NCBI RefSeq assembly: GCF_018977255.1 | Contig: NW_024704746.1 | Coordinates: 18,414,001 to 18,478,000 of the forward strand | Length of the DNA: 64,000 nt | Direction of reading: 5' to 3' | Source: Callorhinchus milii | Lineage: Eukaryota | Part shown: positions 1 through 13,174 of the stretch, in pieces | How the letters are laid out: the number at the start of each line of letters is the position of its first letter | How positions within the stretch are numbered: position 1 is the stretch's first letter | Made by a program: the position numbers and the translations under genes | Notes under the pieces: generated by a model | The model's input: the letters and a program-made list of their open reading frames with translations, nothing else | Databases searched by the model: none | What the model was told of the DNA's origin: nothing

Positions 1-743
1 GCAGTGTTTATCTGCCATCTGCTGGCAAGAAAAATGCCTGTAAAGGGATTCAATGCTCATTAGTACAGCAAAAATTAGACACAATTTATTTTTGGTTGTG
101 TAAGCTATGAAGATTTCCCACAGAAAATCAAGCGCCTTGTCAAAAATTCAAAATGTGAGGATTGCTCCTTTAATTGTTTCAAAATAAATCATTATTAATT
201 CTTAATAATATTTGTAATACAATTGGATTTCTTGTTTCGTGCCCTTATTCAACAATACTATTTGGCCTCTCCCACTGAGTGAACTTTGCATCTGAGTGTG
301 CAGCTATTACTATTATTACAGTTTTTGAGCAATATTTTAAACTTTACTTCATCAGTTGAGCTGGATGTTGCCCAATGCAATCTGAAAAACATCTGCATTA
401 ATCTTCACAGTGGATTACTGAGCAAAGGTTATTATAAACTACCTATGGTAAGCCATGAACTCGAATTTGTCCAGTATTTTATTTTACTCATAATGTGTAA
501 ATATCATTTATAATTAAATATTCTCCCATTCCATTACCATATTTACAAGATGATACTCTGTGATCAGTGCAGCAGATAGACTACTTCCCAAGTCGGTGCC
601 AATATGTTTCTGATTATTATCCAAAATCAGTGTGTGGGAACCTTTTGGTGAGATCTAATGTACAAATTATATTGAATTATTTTGTTTCATCATTATGCAC
701 TTGAGAATCTATCAAAAAATAAGTGGATACTGGGTTTCATTTT

Positions 744-1106
744 ATAATAATAATAATCCTTGCATTTGATGTAGCACCTTATCACGTCTTCGACAGATCT
801 CAAAGCGTTTCACAGGATATACTATAAAGTGGATTGACTATGTATCTTGTGGGCAGCCTATTGCACACAGCAATGTCCCACAAACAGTCGTGGATTGAGT
901 GACCACATTTTTAAAAAAATGTTTTGAAGGGATTATTACCCCCAGAAAGCGATCCGCCAATTAACTAGCAAATTAGTTCCTAATTATTGCTAGGTAAACG
1001 GGCGTGGGGAATAAGGAAACTAGCCTAACATTTTGCTCTGCCCAGGAATCGAACCCAGGTCCTCTCGCTTGCGAGGCAAGTACTCTATCCACTAATCTAC
1101 AGGACT
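744..1106 (-). mobile_element. tRNA-derived SINE, full-length long variant, with L2-type 3' tail and (ATT)n end
   Basis: The reverse complement starts AGTCCTGTAGATTAGTGGATAGAGTACTTGCCTCGCAAGCGAGAGGACCTGGGTTCGATTCCTGG (A box, B box GGTTCGATTCC) and ends ...AAATGCAAGGATTATTATT. Related copies are at 40783 and 45896. Confidence 0.9.
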
Positions 1107-2071
1107 AATCAAAAATGTGTCCTCTTCTTGCATGCAATTTTTAACAAAATTCCCTCTAATTTCCATGCAGCTCTTATCTGTCTGTCTGTGTCTCATTGTG
1201 CCACACATCTTTGCTGCATTATGGCATGGCCCAGTTGTGCTAAATTAAAAAAAGTTTTAAAATTGTAAAATTGATGATTGTGATTAATTATTCATGCTTT
1301 TTTTTTAACTGGAAGCTAAGCTAAATGCTGAAACCTAACTTTCGATCCCTGTGTGCAACCACTTCCTGTAAAAGACTAGTGCAAATAATTGCTGTATTAC
1401 TTTATATGGTATATTAACATCCTGTTTTTCAAAATTGTTGGGCTGCTTGCCAATTGTGACAGAATTTTTTTAAACCAAGGAGAAAATACCACTTTTTACA
1501 CAGCAAAAAAGAAATAATCAATCATATTGTCGCACAATCCAAATGTTTTTAAAACCAAAGTATATGTACACTCAATGCAGTCTGTAGTCATCCTTAAACT
1601 GAGTTTTATGCTTTAAAATTACCAGTTAAAGATACACTGGTGGCAAACATTTTGTACAGAACATTCCCAAATATGATATTCAGGTGCAATGACAGGAATG
1701 ATGAGTATTGCCCATTAGTCTCATTCACAAATGGAACTTTGTGATGTCACACCAGAAGGGTTACTCAAAAAGTTTGGGCCTTTAGGCAGCAATTTAATAC
1801 CACATAATTAAATTTATATAATGCCTTTCCAATTGGGGACCTGAGCTGGGGAGGGGTTAAATCAGATTTTCAAAAGGGTTGTGAATTGTTTTCAGTGAAT
1901 CTTACTGAAGGGTATAGAAACACATTATAGGGAGTTTTATATAACACTATTTATGCTGTTTAAGCTTAATCAGACCCAGTCTCATTTTTTGCACTTTACC
2001 CAGTCAGAAGGGATCACAATAATTAGAGATGCACAATGAAAGTCATATTGCTTTGTAAGTAAGTGACAGCT

Positions 2072-2491
2072 TTTGATTGCATTTAAGCACCTTTCATGTC
2101 AAGAGGTCTTCTCAAAGCACTTGCTTCATATAACTTACTGTGGAGTGACTGTATTTGTAGGTGAAATACAGCCCATTTGTTCATAGCAATCTCACAAAAA
2201 CCCACAAATAGAATGACCAATTTTATTTGGGGGATTGTTGGCCAGGACACCGGGAGAAACTCTTCTTTTTCAAATAGTGCTAGGGATCTTTAACATCCAT
2301 CTGAATAGGCAGACAGGATCTCAGTTTAATGTCTCATCCAAAAAATAACACCGCCAACAAGACAAAACACCTCCAGCACTGTACTGGATTGTCAGCCTAG
2401 ATAGACCATGTGAGTTGAGTCTCAATTTGGGGTTTGAACCCACAAATTTCTGACTCAAAGGCGGCAAGAGTGCAATCAAAACCAGGCTGAC
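2072..2491 (-). mobile_element. Old Deu-domain SINE (SacSINE1/AmnSINE1-like)
   Basis: Contains ggcagacaggatctcagtttaatgtctcatcc...cactgtactggattgtcagcctaga...tttgaacccacaaatttctgactc, which matches the recalled reverse-strand Deu domain and tRNA head. Degenerate L2-type tail near 2075-2120. Confidence 0.7.
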
Positions 2492-2659
2492 ACATTTGCT
2501 TCAAAGCTGCATTTGTGCCAATTTTGCTCAATGAGGAAATCTTCATTGAAGGACCATTCACTGACATGCATGCAAAGTTCTCCGAAAGGCCTTTGTGCCT
2601 AATTGGTAGAGGTGGATACCATAAAGTAGACTCTAGCGACCTTGCCCTTCCTGCCATGA

Positions 2660-3292
2660 CTGGCACTGCTTACCACCACCTCCGCAACATTGCCAGACTC
2701 CGCCACTGCCTCACCCCTCAGGCTGCCGAAGCCCCCACCCACGCCATTCATCACCTCAAGGATTGATTACAGGAATTCCCTCATCGGCTTTCCAACCTCT
2801 TCCCTTCACAAGCTGCAGATCATCCAAAACTCTGCAGCTCATGTACTCTCACACACCAGGCTCCGTGATCCCATCGCTCCCACCCTCGCCCAACTCCACT
2901 GGCTCCCCAACCCCCAGAGGATCCAGTTCAAGATCCTCGTCCTCATCTTTAATGCCATCCATGGCCTTGCCCCCTCCTACCTCCCTGACCTGCTAACTCC
3001 CTACCAACCTACCAGCGGTGTCCGGGCTTTCAGCCTCTCTGCCCCCACCCTCTGGAACTCCATCCCACGGTCCCTTGGCCTCGCTTCCCCCCTCGCCTCC
3101 TTCAAGGCCGGTCTCAAGACGCTTCTCTTCGACCGCTCCTTTGGTCTCCCTCCCACCTCTCTGCCTTCCCTTCCCTCCCCCCTCCACCACCCCTCCCCCA
3201 TGCTCAGGCCCGGACATCTGACTCTTTAGCGCTTTGGGACGTCCTCACGACGTGAGAGGCGCTCTATAAATGTAATTTTGTTGTTGTTGTTG
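2660..3292 (+). mobile_element. L2 LINE, 5'-truncated 3' end (ORF2 C-terminus remnant, 3' UTR, (TTG)n tail)
   Basis: Translation FITSRIDY.NS...KLQIIQNSAAHVL...LHWLP..QRIQFKIL...RAFSLSAPTLWNSIP...FKAGLKTLLF is the typical L2 ORF2 end. It has frameshifts and a ttgttgttg tail. Confidence 0.92.
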
Positions 3293-3299
3293 TCATTGC

Positions 3300-4230
3300 A
3301 ACTCACTGGGAAACGCCCGCATTGTATTACAAAGCCGTTCAATCCGCCCCTTACTTTCGATGCTACCTCGTCTTTGCTTAAGGAGAGAGCGGAGTGACTT
3401 TAATCGTTCTATGTACTTTTGCGTTATTTTTTTGAAAAAAAACCCTCCAATCTGCTGGTTTACCGCGTCTTCAGTTTAAGTCTAAAGTCGCTTTAACTTC
3501 TTTCGGGCGAGGAATTTCTGAAAAGAAGGGTTGGCGGCGTGTGGTCGGTTTTAGGCGGTTGTGGGGTCTCTCCCGATTAAAAAAAAAGAAGTGCAGTCCG
3601 ACTGACCGCTGTGCGGCGCAGTGTCCCCGCGAGACGCCGCTCTCGGCGCTGTTTGAACTCGGTTCGCGCTAACGGTTCATAGCGGCCGTTCGCCATTTTG
3701 TAAAAAAAAGGCCGGTTTTCCTCGGGATGAATTAACGTCAACCAGAAACGACAGCTTCTCCCACAAGAGGGAAGAGGAAACACGACGACATTTTTTTTCA
3801 CACACTCTTTTAAGTATCCCGAGTATTTTTTTTACTGGTCTCGTAAATGAGCGGTGTTGAAAGTCGTGTGAACCCGTGACAAATGGGAGCACGAGTTGTA
3901 AGGAAGCAGGTGGAAGGCGGAATTAGCAGGTTTGGAGCTTGTTGTGACTCTCTCACTGCGGTCATCTCTCTCTCTCACTCTCACCCCGGCCACAGCCTCG
4001 TGGGCAAACCTACATCAACCCCCACACGTCCCCCTCCCCCCCCTCCCCTCCCCTTTATAACCCTTTCCAGGTTCCCCTTTTTTTGTTGCCTGAAACGAGG
4101 TAAAGGTGAGAGGTTTGCGCGAGCAGCAGCTTCTTTCCTTTTGCTCTGAAACCTCGTGTTGGAAGTGAAACTTAATTGAAATAATTCATTCAAGACTTTT
4201 GTCTTGTTACGTTGCAGCAGCAGACACGCG
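3300..4230 (+). promoter_or_regulatory. BRDT: CpG island; probable BRDT promoter and non-coding first exon
   Basis: CpG-rich stretch in an otherwise CpG-depleted background, about 7 kb upstream of the first coding exon. GC box ccgcccc at about 3344, YY1 motif CGCCATTTTG at 3691-3700, MYB-type TAACGG at 3670-3675, candidate donors at about 4100 and 4106. Confidence 0.7.
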
Positions 4231-7200
4231 GTCTTAATACAACCAGCCAGTGATTAAGTGGTTTAATTACTGGTATCGGATTGAACCCTTCAAAAAAAAA
4301 GTTGCTGGAATATGAAGCTAATTTACTGTTCCACTGATTAAGCGAAACCAGGTCTACTCTGAAGTAAGTGATGTGTAGTCAAATGGAGCATCTATGGGTT
4401 GCAGTTGCGGGGTGTTTTTTTTTTAAACGACATTACAAATAAACCCACGACTCACTTCCTTGGTGCTTTATAAATCCACAGATTTAAAATAATTCGCAAT
4501 TCACCAGTATCTGGACTGAAACCCGTGTTCCGCCGAAAACATCTGTAACAGGGCCTGGTGTTTAACCCCGGGCTGTAATATTGGGCCTTTCCAGATTTTA
4601 AGATGCCTTACCGGTCTTTTACACCTTACAGCCATAAATAAGTAATTGAATATCATTTTATTTTGGACTATTGTGTATTATCTATATTTACGCTATTGTT
4701 TATTTTCCACACGTTTAATATAAACAATTTCTACTTTCTCAAGTTTGTGAAACTTAAATTGTATACACTGTGACAAATGTTAGTAAATAAACCTGGAATT
4801 TATCAATAAAAGATTTGTATTCTGTTTTGTTGAATTAGAAGCAATCGTGGATAACTGACTACTTCTGGATCATTTGCGGGAGACTCATGATTGGCTGGTG
4901 TACTTTCATTGTTATCTAATTTCCTCCATATTTTAAAATTGATGATAAAACAACTTTTAGTTTTGTTACCTTTTGCCTTAATCATTACCATATACATTGG
5001 CAGTTTTAGAAAGGAACAGGATGTTTTAATAAGGCATTGCTAGTATATTCACAGATTTGAGAATTCTGAATCAACATATTGAAATATAACTAACGATTTG
5101 AAACTATTCTGATGCAACTGAAGCCACACTTTTGGATATGCACATAAATAAAGTGCCTTGTGTTATTCAATTGGAGCCTCCCTTTGTTTGCCGAGGATAT
5201 ATAGCACAGTTACAATAATTATAGGCTGTATACCCTAAAGGAGAAATGTATAAACGATCATTTCCTTCCTCATTTCAAATATGTTCTATTCCAAGCCCCA
5301 AGAAAAATATTTTCTCATGAGGTGACATTTGTGTTTTTTGCAATTTGTCAGAACTTGGTCGGTTTTGCCTTACTTGAAATGTAAATGTATATTGCTAATG
5401 GTTATAATATCGAGTATTACATCATGTCGTCATTTAACCAATGTCCATTTTAAACTAATCAAGGGCAATTCTGCAATTAGAGATAGAATTGGTCTGATGC
5501 TTACTGCTTTGACATATTCAATCAGCCAATTATCAAGATAAATAGTTCTGCTTGTGTCGATTGTGTGAATAGAAGATGGAAAATGGAATCAATGACTGTT
5601 GGGTAAAATAGGCTACATTTCGTTTGGTAGAGCAGGTTAAGGAGAGAGATGATTGAGGTCTTTGTAAGTGAATTAACAAAATATTTTCCCCTATAATGGG
5701 GGAAATCCAGAAATGCAAGATGTATAATCTTAAAAATGAGAAGTAACTGGTTAACTATGAATTCATAAAACAAGAGATTGTTAGAAGCAGAATCAATTGA
5801 AGTTAATGGGCCCAAGAAGTAATTGAGAGTATAAAGAAAATGCAACTTAATGGAATTAAAAAGCTAGAGCTGCAGTGAACTAGTAAAATGGCAGAACAGG
5901 CTTAATAGGTGCAATGGTCTCCTGCTCTAATGATGCAGTATTTATCCAGCAGATGGATCCAGCTAAAATGGTTACTGCTTACGTTTCTGATGCGTATGTC
6001 TACGTGACTAGAATAAATGGCCTTCTTTGAAACTTGAAATGATTCCAAAATAGCCATACAGACAAGGTGGGTCTACTATGCACTTCTAATGCCGCACTAC
6101 ATCTTTTGGATTCTGAACATATTGTTGGTACTGCGACTGGTTTAGTCACAGAACCGACACTGGTTTATACAATGTTTATACTCATGCTTAAGGGTGGGAA
6201 AAACTTTCTTTAACGTGGGTTCTCATTTGTGTATGAGTGAAGTGAATTCCACTGCCAAATGTTAGTATGGTATATTGTATTCTGCTTGTGTGTAGAATGG
6301 AAACAAGTTCTGTTAAAATCAGCCATGTTATAAATGGTGTTTTTGATATCTTGAAGAATGAAAGTACTACGCAATATCAGTTCTTTTTGTGGAATGAAAG
6401 CAGTTTTCCTTCAAACATTAGTGTTGGTACCTGAATTTGCACAAATGAAGTAACACTTTAGTACAATAATTATCTGATATGAGCTGTTGCTCTGATTCTT
6501 TTTCTTTCTCGGTGCACTAGCTCATTCTAGGCTAAGGTTGCAAAGGGCATCAACCATCTTAGATCTTGCTCACTTGGCTACTTTTCATATACGAGTCCAC
6601 ATGTTGAATGTCAGCAGAGTAACTAGATTTACAGCATTGTTCCTCCTTTTTGTATTGGTGTGAGAAAGGAGGAACCATGCCGTAAATCTAGTAAAGCAAC
6701 AAAATATAGAAGATCCTTCCACTGCAACTTAATTGACCTGAATTTGAATTGTATATTTTAGTCCTATACAATTTTCTGAGTAAGAAAAAGTTGTCCCCTC
6801 ATTATATAAAACTGGCATTTTCAGTAAAATCTTCAAAACTAATATAGAGGTTTATAGGTGGGACATTGCTTGTAAATCTGAAAATGGACATTGGCAAAAA
6901 CAATATTAATAGTTTGGGAGATGATGTCAACAAATTAGCATAAAGTTGAAATTTTGCTACGGTAAGAATTTCTAGACAGGACAATCATGCTTTATTTGTT
7001 GGAAGCAGTTTAGAAGATGCCTTTTATTATGGCTTTCAACCATTACTATTAGCAAAATGTTGTTTATAATTAGTCTATGCAAAATTAGGAAAACTCGCTG
7101 CTTTGTTTCTTTGTGTTCAGATGTTAACTGAAGTGCAGTATTGGGAGTGAAGCGTGTTTGCGCTAGCTTTGGTCATTTATTGCTCAAGTACTGTTTGTTA

Positions 7201-9518
7201 TTTCTGGACTATTTTGTTTATAAATCGCAACAATTGGTGATTTTTTATTTTTTTACTTTTAATCCAAGCCCACTCCTCATATCATTCCTCAATTGTCGCA
7301 TTTGCCTAAACGACCTTTGTTCTAACATGTTTTTCTTTCATCAGTATTTAGGAGTGGATAAACAAGCTATCATCTATTTATTGCCTTGACAATGATTGTA
7401 GGATATTTACATTCTAATGGGAGAGGGAATGTGGAATAATACCTAACAAACATGCAAATCAATTGTTCTTGTAGATGATTAAACATATCTGGTTTTCCTA
7501 TTGAAGCAAAATGTAATTTCTCTTTCAAGACAACATAGATGGTGCTTTATAATCTGAAAGCACTAGAAAAACACTCCCCAGGTGTCTTGAATAGCTTGCA
7601 AAGCCAAGCATACAATGTGATTCTACCTTTCAAAACTGGTTAGAAGCAGCTTCATGCAGCAGCCAATAAGAATGCTGATCTTACCTCTCCTTCCCCCCAC
7701 CTCATCAGTGACTTCCAATTTTGCCACTCTCAATACAACATTAAAAGCTAAGAAAGGAATTAAGTCTCAATTGGAAGACACAGTGGGCCATTATTTTGTT
7801 GAATGGAAGAATTATTATAATTGCTAATCAAAATTCAGAGAAGTTTCCTTTTCTCAATCCACATTCTGTTAACTGTAACTTATAACATTGTCATCTCTGT
7901 TTTCTCTGATCACAGACAAAGTACTCTTACAAAATAGATGTTCTATTTCCATTACTTTGTTCATAAATTCTGACATTTTGTAATGAATGAAAAGTTGATT
8001 TGCATTTACGTTACTAAGTGTAGTCAGTCATTGTAGTCTATTCTTGGCATCAGTGAAGCGTTCAAGATGTTGCAATGGAACCTCTGTTTAATGGCTTTAT
8101 GGGAGAATCAATCTATAGCTAAATGGAATTTTCATCCTTTGGTAGAATATTCCGTAAAATGCAAATATTGACTGCAACAATGCAGAATGAAAATGGTTTC
8201 TTCTTTTTGTGTTGACCACAACCCATTGCTTTAGGATATAGTCTAACCTTTTTACAGATACTGCTCAACAGTTCACCGAGATAATTTAGGCTGGAAGCAT
8301 CATGATGTCATTTGCTAACTGCTACTGATGGGAGAGATGGTAGCTAGCTCATCCAAGATGAGGCACAGGCTGTTCTTTAGTGGACAATGGTTTGTCAATG
8401 GTCAGTGGTTTGAATTGAGGAATAAACTACAATAGCTTTTTCTTTCCTCTACACCCAAGTTTTATGAGAGCCCATTTTAAAGAGGACCTGACACTAGTAA
8501 ACAAATCCACTGCAGTGTTGACTATCATTTTTAGCAGATGAATCACATTGGCACTAGCCTTGCCACCAGAGAATCTCCACTTATTTTGCCTCCTTCCCCC
8601 AAGGATGAACATAACTTGTCGTCAGACTACTAACGAGCTACTAAATTTAAACTCGCAAGATACCAGGTAAGGTATTTCTCCCAAGTGGCACTTTACTACC
8701 AATCTCCAGAAAGTTACAGGTCATGCACACATTCTTAAGCCACACACATGTATATTTAATTGAAAAGCATTATTATGGCCCTGGTTGTAGTGATTTGGTG
8801 GAGCATTGAGTGAAGAATCATAAATCTGCTGTTAGTCTTGAAAGGATTATTAGCCTATTACAATTGACAATCCGAGCTGACACCTGTAGAATGGATGATA
8901 TTTCAATTTGAATGAAGATCCAGGAAGTAGGCAATGTAACATTTATGTTCTTCTGGCTTTGAACGTCAATCTCAGAAAAATCTCCATCAGAATAATTTTG
9001 GTGGTGCAAAAAATTAGTCAATACATTGAAGATAAAAGTGCCTGTGACATCTTCCAACTTTTGAGAACAGATTTCATTTATTAATTGACATTATATTATG
9101 ATGAGCAAGTATTCATTCAGCAGTTCTGTACAAGAGACAATTGTTTTTATAAAAGGTAATCATCCAGTGGAGTGAGGGTCCACCAAATTATATTGGATTG
9201 TCATTGGCTGTTTCTCAGACTCTGTTCACGTCAGATGAAGTTCTTTGGAAGCTCATCGATCAGGCATTGAAATAAGTTGCATCATTCCTTTCAAAATCAG
9301 GTTTCTTTTCTCTAAAGGAATACAATTCATGAGAAATATCTGGGATTTCTTCAAGGAAGTGAAGTAATTTATTGTAGCTTTCAGTTTCAGGTTATGTCAT
9401 GTCCATTCATTGATCTACATAAAGGAATTTTGTATTGAATTTTTAATAAAAATCTTCATTGGTAAATGGAAGTTTGGGATCAAATTTTAAAGAAATTGAA
9501 ACAAAATCATTCTGTGTA

Positions 9519-9665
9519 AACAACAACTTGGATTTATATAGTGATCTCCACGCCGGACGGCGTCTGAGTGCTTCACAGTAACAGATCCTGGGGCCGAGCC
9601 AGGGGAAGGGGGAAGAAGGTGACCAAAGGCGCGGTCAAAAAGAAAGGTCTTCAGCCGAGACCTGA
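9519..9665 (-). mobile_element. Short L2 3' end (tail subtype also seen at 42780-42840)
   Basis: caacaacttggatttatatagtgatctccacgccggacggcgtctgagtgcttcac closely matches the reverse complement of the 42780-42840 tail. Confidence 0.85.
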
Positions 9666-11051
9666 AATGCATGATGACAGAAAGTTGCAAAAGTTTTGAT
9701 GTTACTATAAATCAGTGGAACCTGTAATGTTGGTCATCTAAGTATGGTTAGATACCTGGAAGGAAGAGATAACAACTGAAGGTGTGGATCAATCTGCTTT
9801 TTTAAAATTTTGCCCCTTAACCCATATACAAATGCACACATTCTTTGGGCTGCCCTCCATGCACTTCTTGCAGATTGTGCTGTAACATTTCAATGTGATG
9901 GATGTTTGGCTGCCCATGATTTCCATCCTGAAGGAAAGACTTGGTTCATGTATGACATCTCTGTTTTCGCAAGAAGACTACACAAAATCGTAATGTGCAA
10001 GTCTTCTCAGAAAATGGCATGTTAATGGATTTATTTTTGTGAATATATTGCTACTTTATTTAATGTCTTTTTAACAAAGGGATAGTATGAGGTGTTTTGA
10101 AAGGTTGTACCATGAACATGAACTTGATTTCTCAAGGTAATTCATTTCACTGCCTTCCAGTAGCATTTCAATTCATTATAATTGAACTGCATTAGCATTT
10201 ATGTGGCAGCCTATGAAATTTATATCAGGTAGAGGAGAGCTCCTTCAATTTTGATTCTTGATTTTATTAAATTAAAAATCTCAATGCATTAGAAGTGCCA
10301 GATTTTCATTTTGTCCTGAGGTTTTAAACTTGTACAATAGAACTGATGTATTCTCCACACCCTTGCTTCCAACCCCCAAAAATGGAATTGAACTGGTGCA
10401 ATTTTTAACTGGTACTATAAGACCTGGTTGACTGGTCATACAGATTGTAATTTTTTTGTCCTTGATAATCACAGCTAAAACTGATTATATCGATGGGGAA
10501 AAAAAAACTGAAAAGACCTGTTCAGGACCAAACTTGTCATTTGTTTAATTGTTTCACTTGATCAAAACTTGAGGACGGCTATTGGGACAAAGCACAACTT
10601 TGATACCACTATTTCTTTCCCCTTCGCCCAAAGCACATGATTGAAGTTGACATTTTTCTAAGTGTTTAAACTGACCTCTAAATCGTAAACTGCATGATTT
10701 GAATGGATTAGATAAAATGATTTATGTTGATAAATCTACATAGTTACAATAATGAAATCTTAATATCACATTCACAAATGTTAGTGCTCTTTATAATTTT
10801 CTTTCTAGGAGATTTGGATTTTTTAATATCTGGGACGTGTTTCTAAATTCAAATAATGTAAATAGGATTTGAATTCATTGATCTGTGAAATGTATAGAAC
10901 TGCACAGTGAAATGATTTTCTCAATTCTGTTTGCACTTGGCAGGTTATGCCATGAAACTTCAACAGGATTATTGATCGGCCAAGGGAGTTGGGAAATGTA
11001 AGGAAAGTATCGCATCCTACTGGTTTGTGTACGAGAAATTTTAAATTTAAA

Positions 11052-11255
11052 ATGTCATCACAAGTACAGTCGAATCCCCAGAATGAACCTACAATTGTGA
11101 ATCCTCCACCACCAGAATATTCCAACTTGAAGAAATCTAGTCGCATGACAAATCAGCTCCAATATTTGCAGAAAGTGGTAGTAAAAGCTTTGTGGAAGCA
11201 CCATTTTGCGTGGCCTTTCCAACAGCCTGTAGATGCTGTGAAGCTAAATCTGCCT
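11052..11255 (+). CDS. BRDT: BRDT coding exon 1 (start codon, BD1 N-terminal part)
   Basis: [23 protein letters not shown]...[36 protein letters not shown], then donor gtaag. Likely acceptor cag at 10941-10943, so 10944-11051 is 5' UTR. Confidence 0.95.
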
Positions 11256-11847
11256 GTAAGAATTACATTTTATCTCGTCACAATGATATCAGTTGGTAGC
11301 ACTAATAATTCACAAATTATACTGCAGAGCAAATGAAATTATGTCTGCAATTATTGTGTTTTAAGGTGTTCATTTGAACATGCACAGGAAACTTGCATTA
11401 TTCATATGTTGAATACTTTTGAAGTTTAGACAGCTGTCCTTCACTAGTGGCAACATTACTGATGTTATGTACACTGCCAGGTCGCCGAAATGATAGCCTT
11501 AAATGTCTTGAGACTTAATACTGGAAATCTCCCTATAGCTGTTTCAGCTATGATCACTGGATGGTCTGAGTTTTGGAAGTATATGGTACTTTCAATTTAT
11601 GTTGATCAACAGAGATGGCAAACCTGAAGAGAATCTATTTTGATGATGTACTAAATTATATAGTGATTCAAAACTTCTCTAGTTAGGGTACACCAATTTA
11701 AATGTCAATTCTTGAGAGCTTAATGCTCTGTTCCAAGAGCTCCTGAATTGTCTAAACAGCTGTTAGTTTTTACCCAAGCTGCACAGTAGTATTTTCCACT
11801 GGAGCAAAATGGCAGTCTGGCAGAATGGCAAAAATGGCAGATAATCA

Positions 11848-12480
11848 ATAACAACAACAACAAGATTACATTTCTATAGCGCCTTTCACGTCGGGAGGAC
11901 GTCCCAAGGCGCTGGACAGAGTACAGCACTTCAGACCCGGGTTGGGGGGTAAGGGAGGGGAAGGGGGGTGGCCGATGGCATGGTCGAAGAGGAGGGTCTT
12001 GAGGCGGGACTTGAAGGAGGCTAAGGAGGGGGTGAGGCGGAGTGACTGGGGGATGGAATTCCGGAGGTTGGGGGCAGAGTGGCTGAAGGCTTTCCCGCCA
12101 ATGGTGGGGCAGGTTGGTCGAGGGACGTGGAGCAGGCCAGAGCCGGCTAAGCGGAGGGAACCGGTGGGTTGGTAGGGGGTTAGGTGGTTGCAGAGGTAGG
12201 GTGGGGCGAGGCCATGGAGGTCTTTGTATGTGAGGACCAGGATCTTGAACTGGATCCTCTGAAGGATAGGGAGCCAGTGGAGTCAGGCAGAGTTTTGTGC
12301 GGGAGAGAACACGGGCTTCAGAGTTCTGGATTATCTGCAGCCTGTGGCGGGAGGAGGTCGGAAGGCCGACACGCAGTGCGTTTGCATAGTTGAGCCTGGT
12401 GGTGATGAAAGCACGAACGAGATTCAGTGGCCTGGGGGGGGAGGTAGTGGCGGAGTCGGGCAATGATACGGAGGTGAAGG
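11848..12480 (-). mobile_element. L2 LINE 3' end
   Basis: (CAA)n tail at about 11850 and a frameshifted ORF2 remnant (AFITTRLNYANAL..LQIIQNS). Confidence 0.9.
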
Positions 12481-12819
12481 AGTGAATAATTATGACATTA
12501 ATATTTGTGTACTTTTATATGTGCTCTTGACCATTAACTACCAAGGTGGAAACGGTAAATAACTTCCAGAAAGTAATCTAGTGAATGATTAAATGTTCAC
12601 CAGATTAAAATCTATTTCATAGGATTTTGTTGCAAGAACCCAATAATTCATTATTTTTATATCCATGGTTTTAATAGATAAGCTGATTGAAGACCAGGGT
12701 GCAATAAAATGTATGCAACTAGTTAATGGTTGCATGAGAGTGAATAACTGTTTATGTTCAATAAATATTTTTTTCACAGGTTTGCCATGCTGCTGCTTAG
12801 CATTATTTCTTTTTTTTAG

Positions 12820-12957
12820 GATTATTATCAAATAATAAAGAAACCAATGGACTTGGGTACCATCAAAAAGCGCTTGGAAAACCACTATTACTGGAAATCT
12901 ATGGAGTGTACAGAAGATTTAAAGACAATGTTTACCAACTGTTATGTGTATAACCGG
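12820..12957 (+). CDS. BRDT: BRDT coding exon 2 (BD1)
   Basis: tttag|[46 protein letters not shown]|gtatgt. The acetyl-lysine-binding Asn is present. Confidence 0.96.
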
Positions 12958-13035
12958 GTATGTATAGTTTTAGAATGTAGATGAATGATTGCATTTTTTT
13001 GTTTGACGAAGAGTATAAAGTGTTTGTGTTTGTAG

Positions 13036-13174
13036 CCAGGTGATGACATCGTTATAATGGCACAAACATTGGAGAAACTTTTTCTACAGAAGTTAGCACA
13101 AATGCCACAAAAGGAAATCGAGTTTTCTGTGTTTGGAAGAAAAAGTGGAAAAAGCAAAAGAAGAAAAGGGCGAG
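13036..13174 (+). CDS. BRDT: BRDT coding exon 3 (end of BD1)
   Basis: tgtag|[27 protein letters not shown]...RKGR G|gtaact. Confidence 0.95.

Noticed and set aside
1036-1106. tRNA-Ala(CGC)-like gene (also at 40783 and 45896)
   Set aside because: It continues into a SINE body and tail and lacks a proper acceptor stem, so it is a SINE head.
8250-9460. Possible extra 5' UTR exon or decayed transposon coding sequence
   Set aside because: Splice-like sites exist (8258, 8666) but there is no homology or other support that I can recognise.
11720-12463. 247-aa ORF, and similar ORFs at 2690 and 41967, as host genes
   Set aside because: They are frameshifted or antisense readings of truncated L2 copies.
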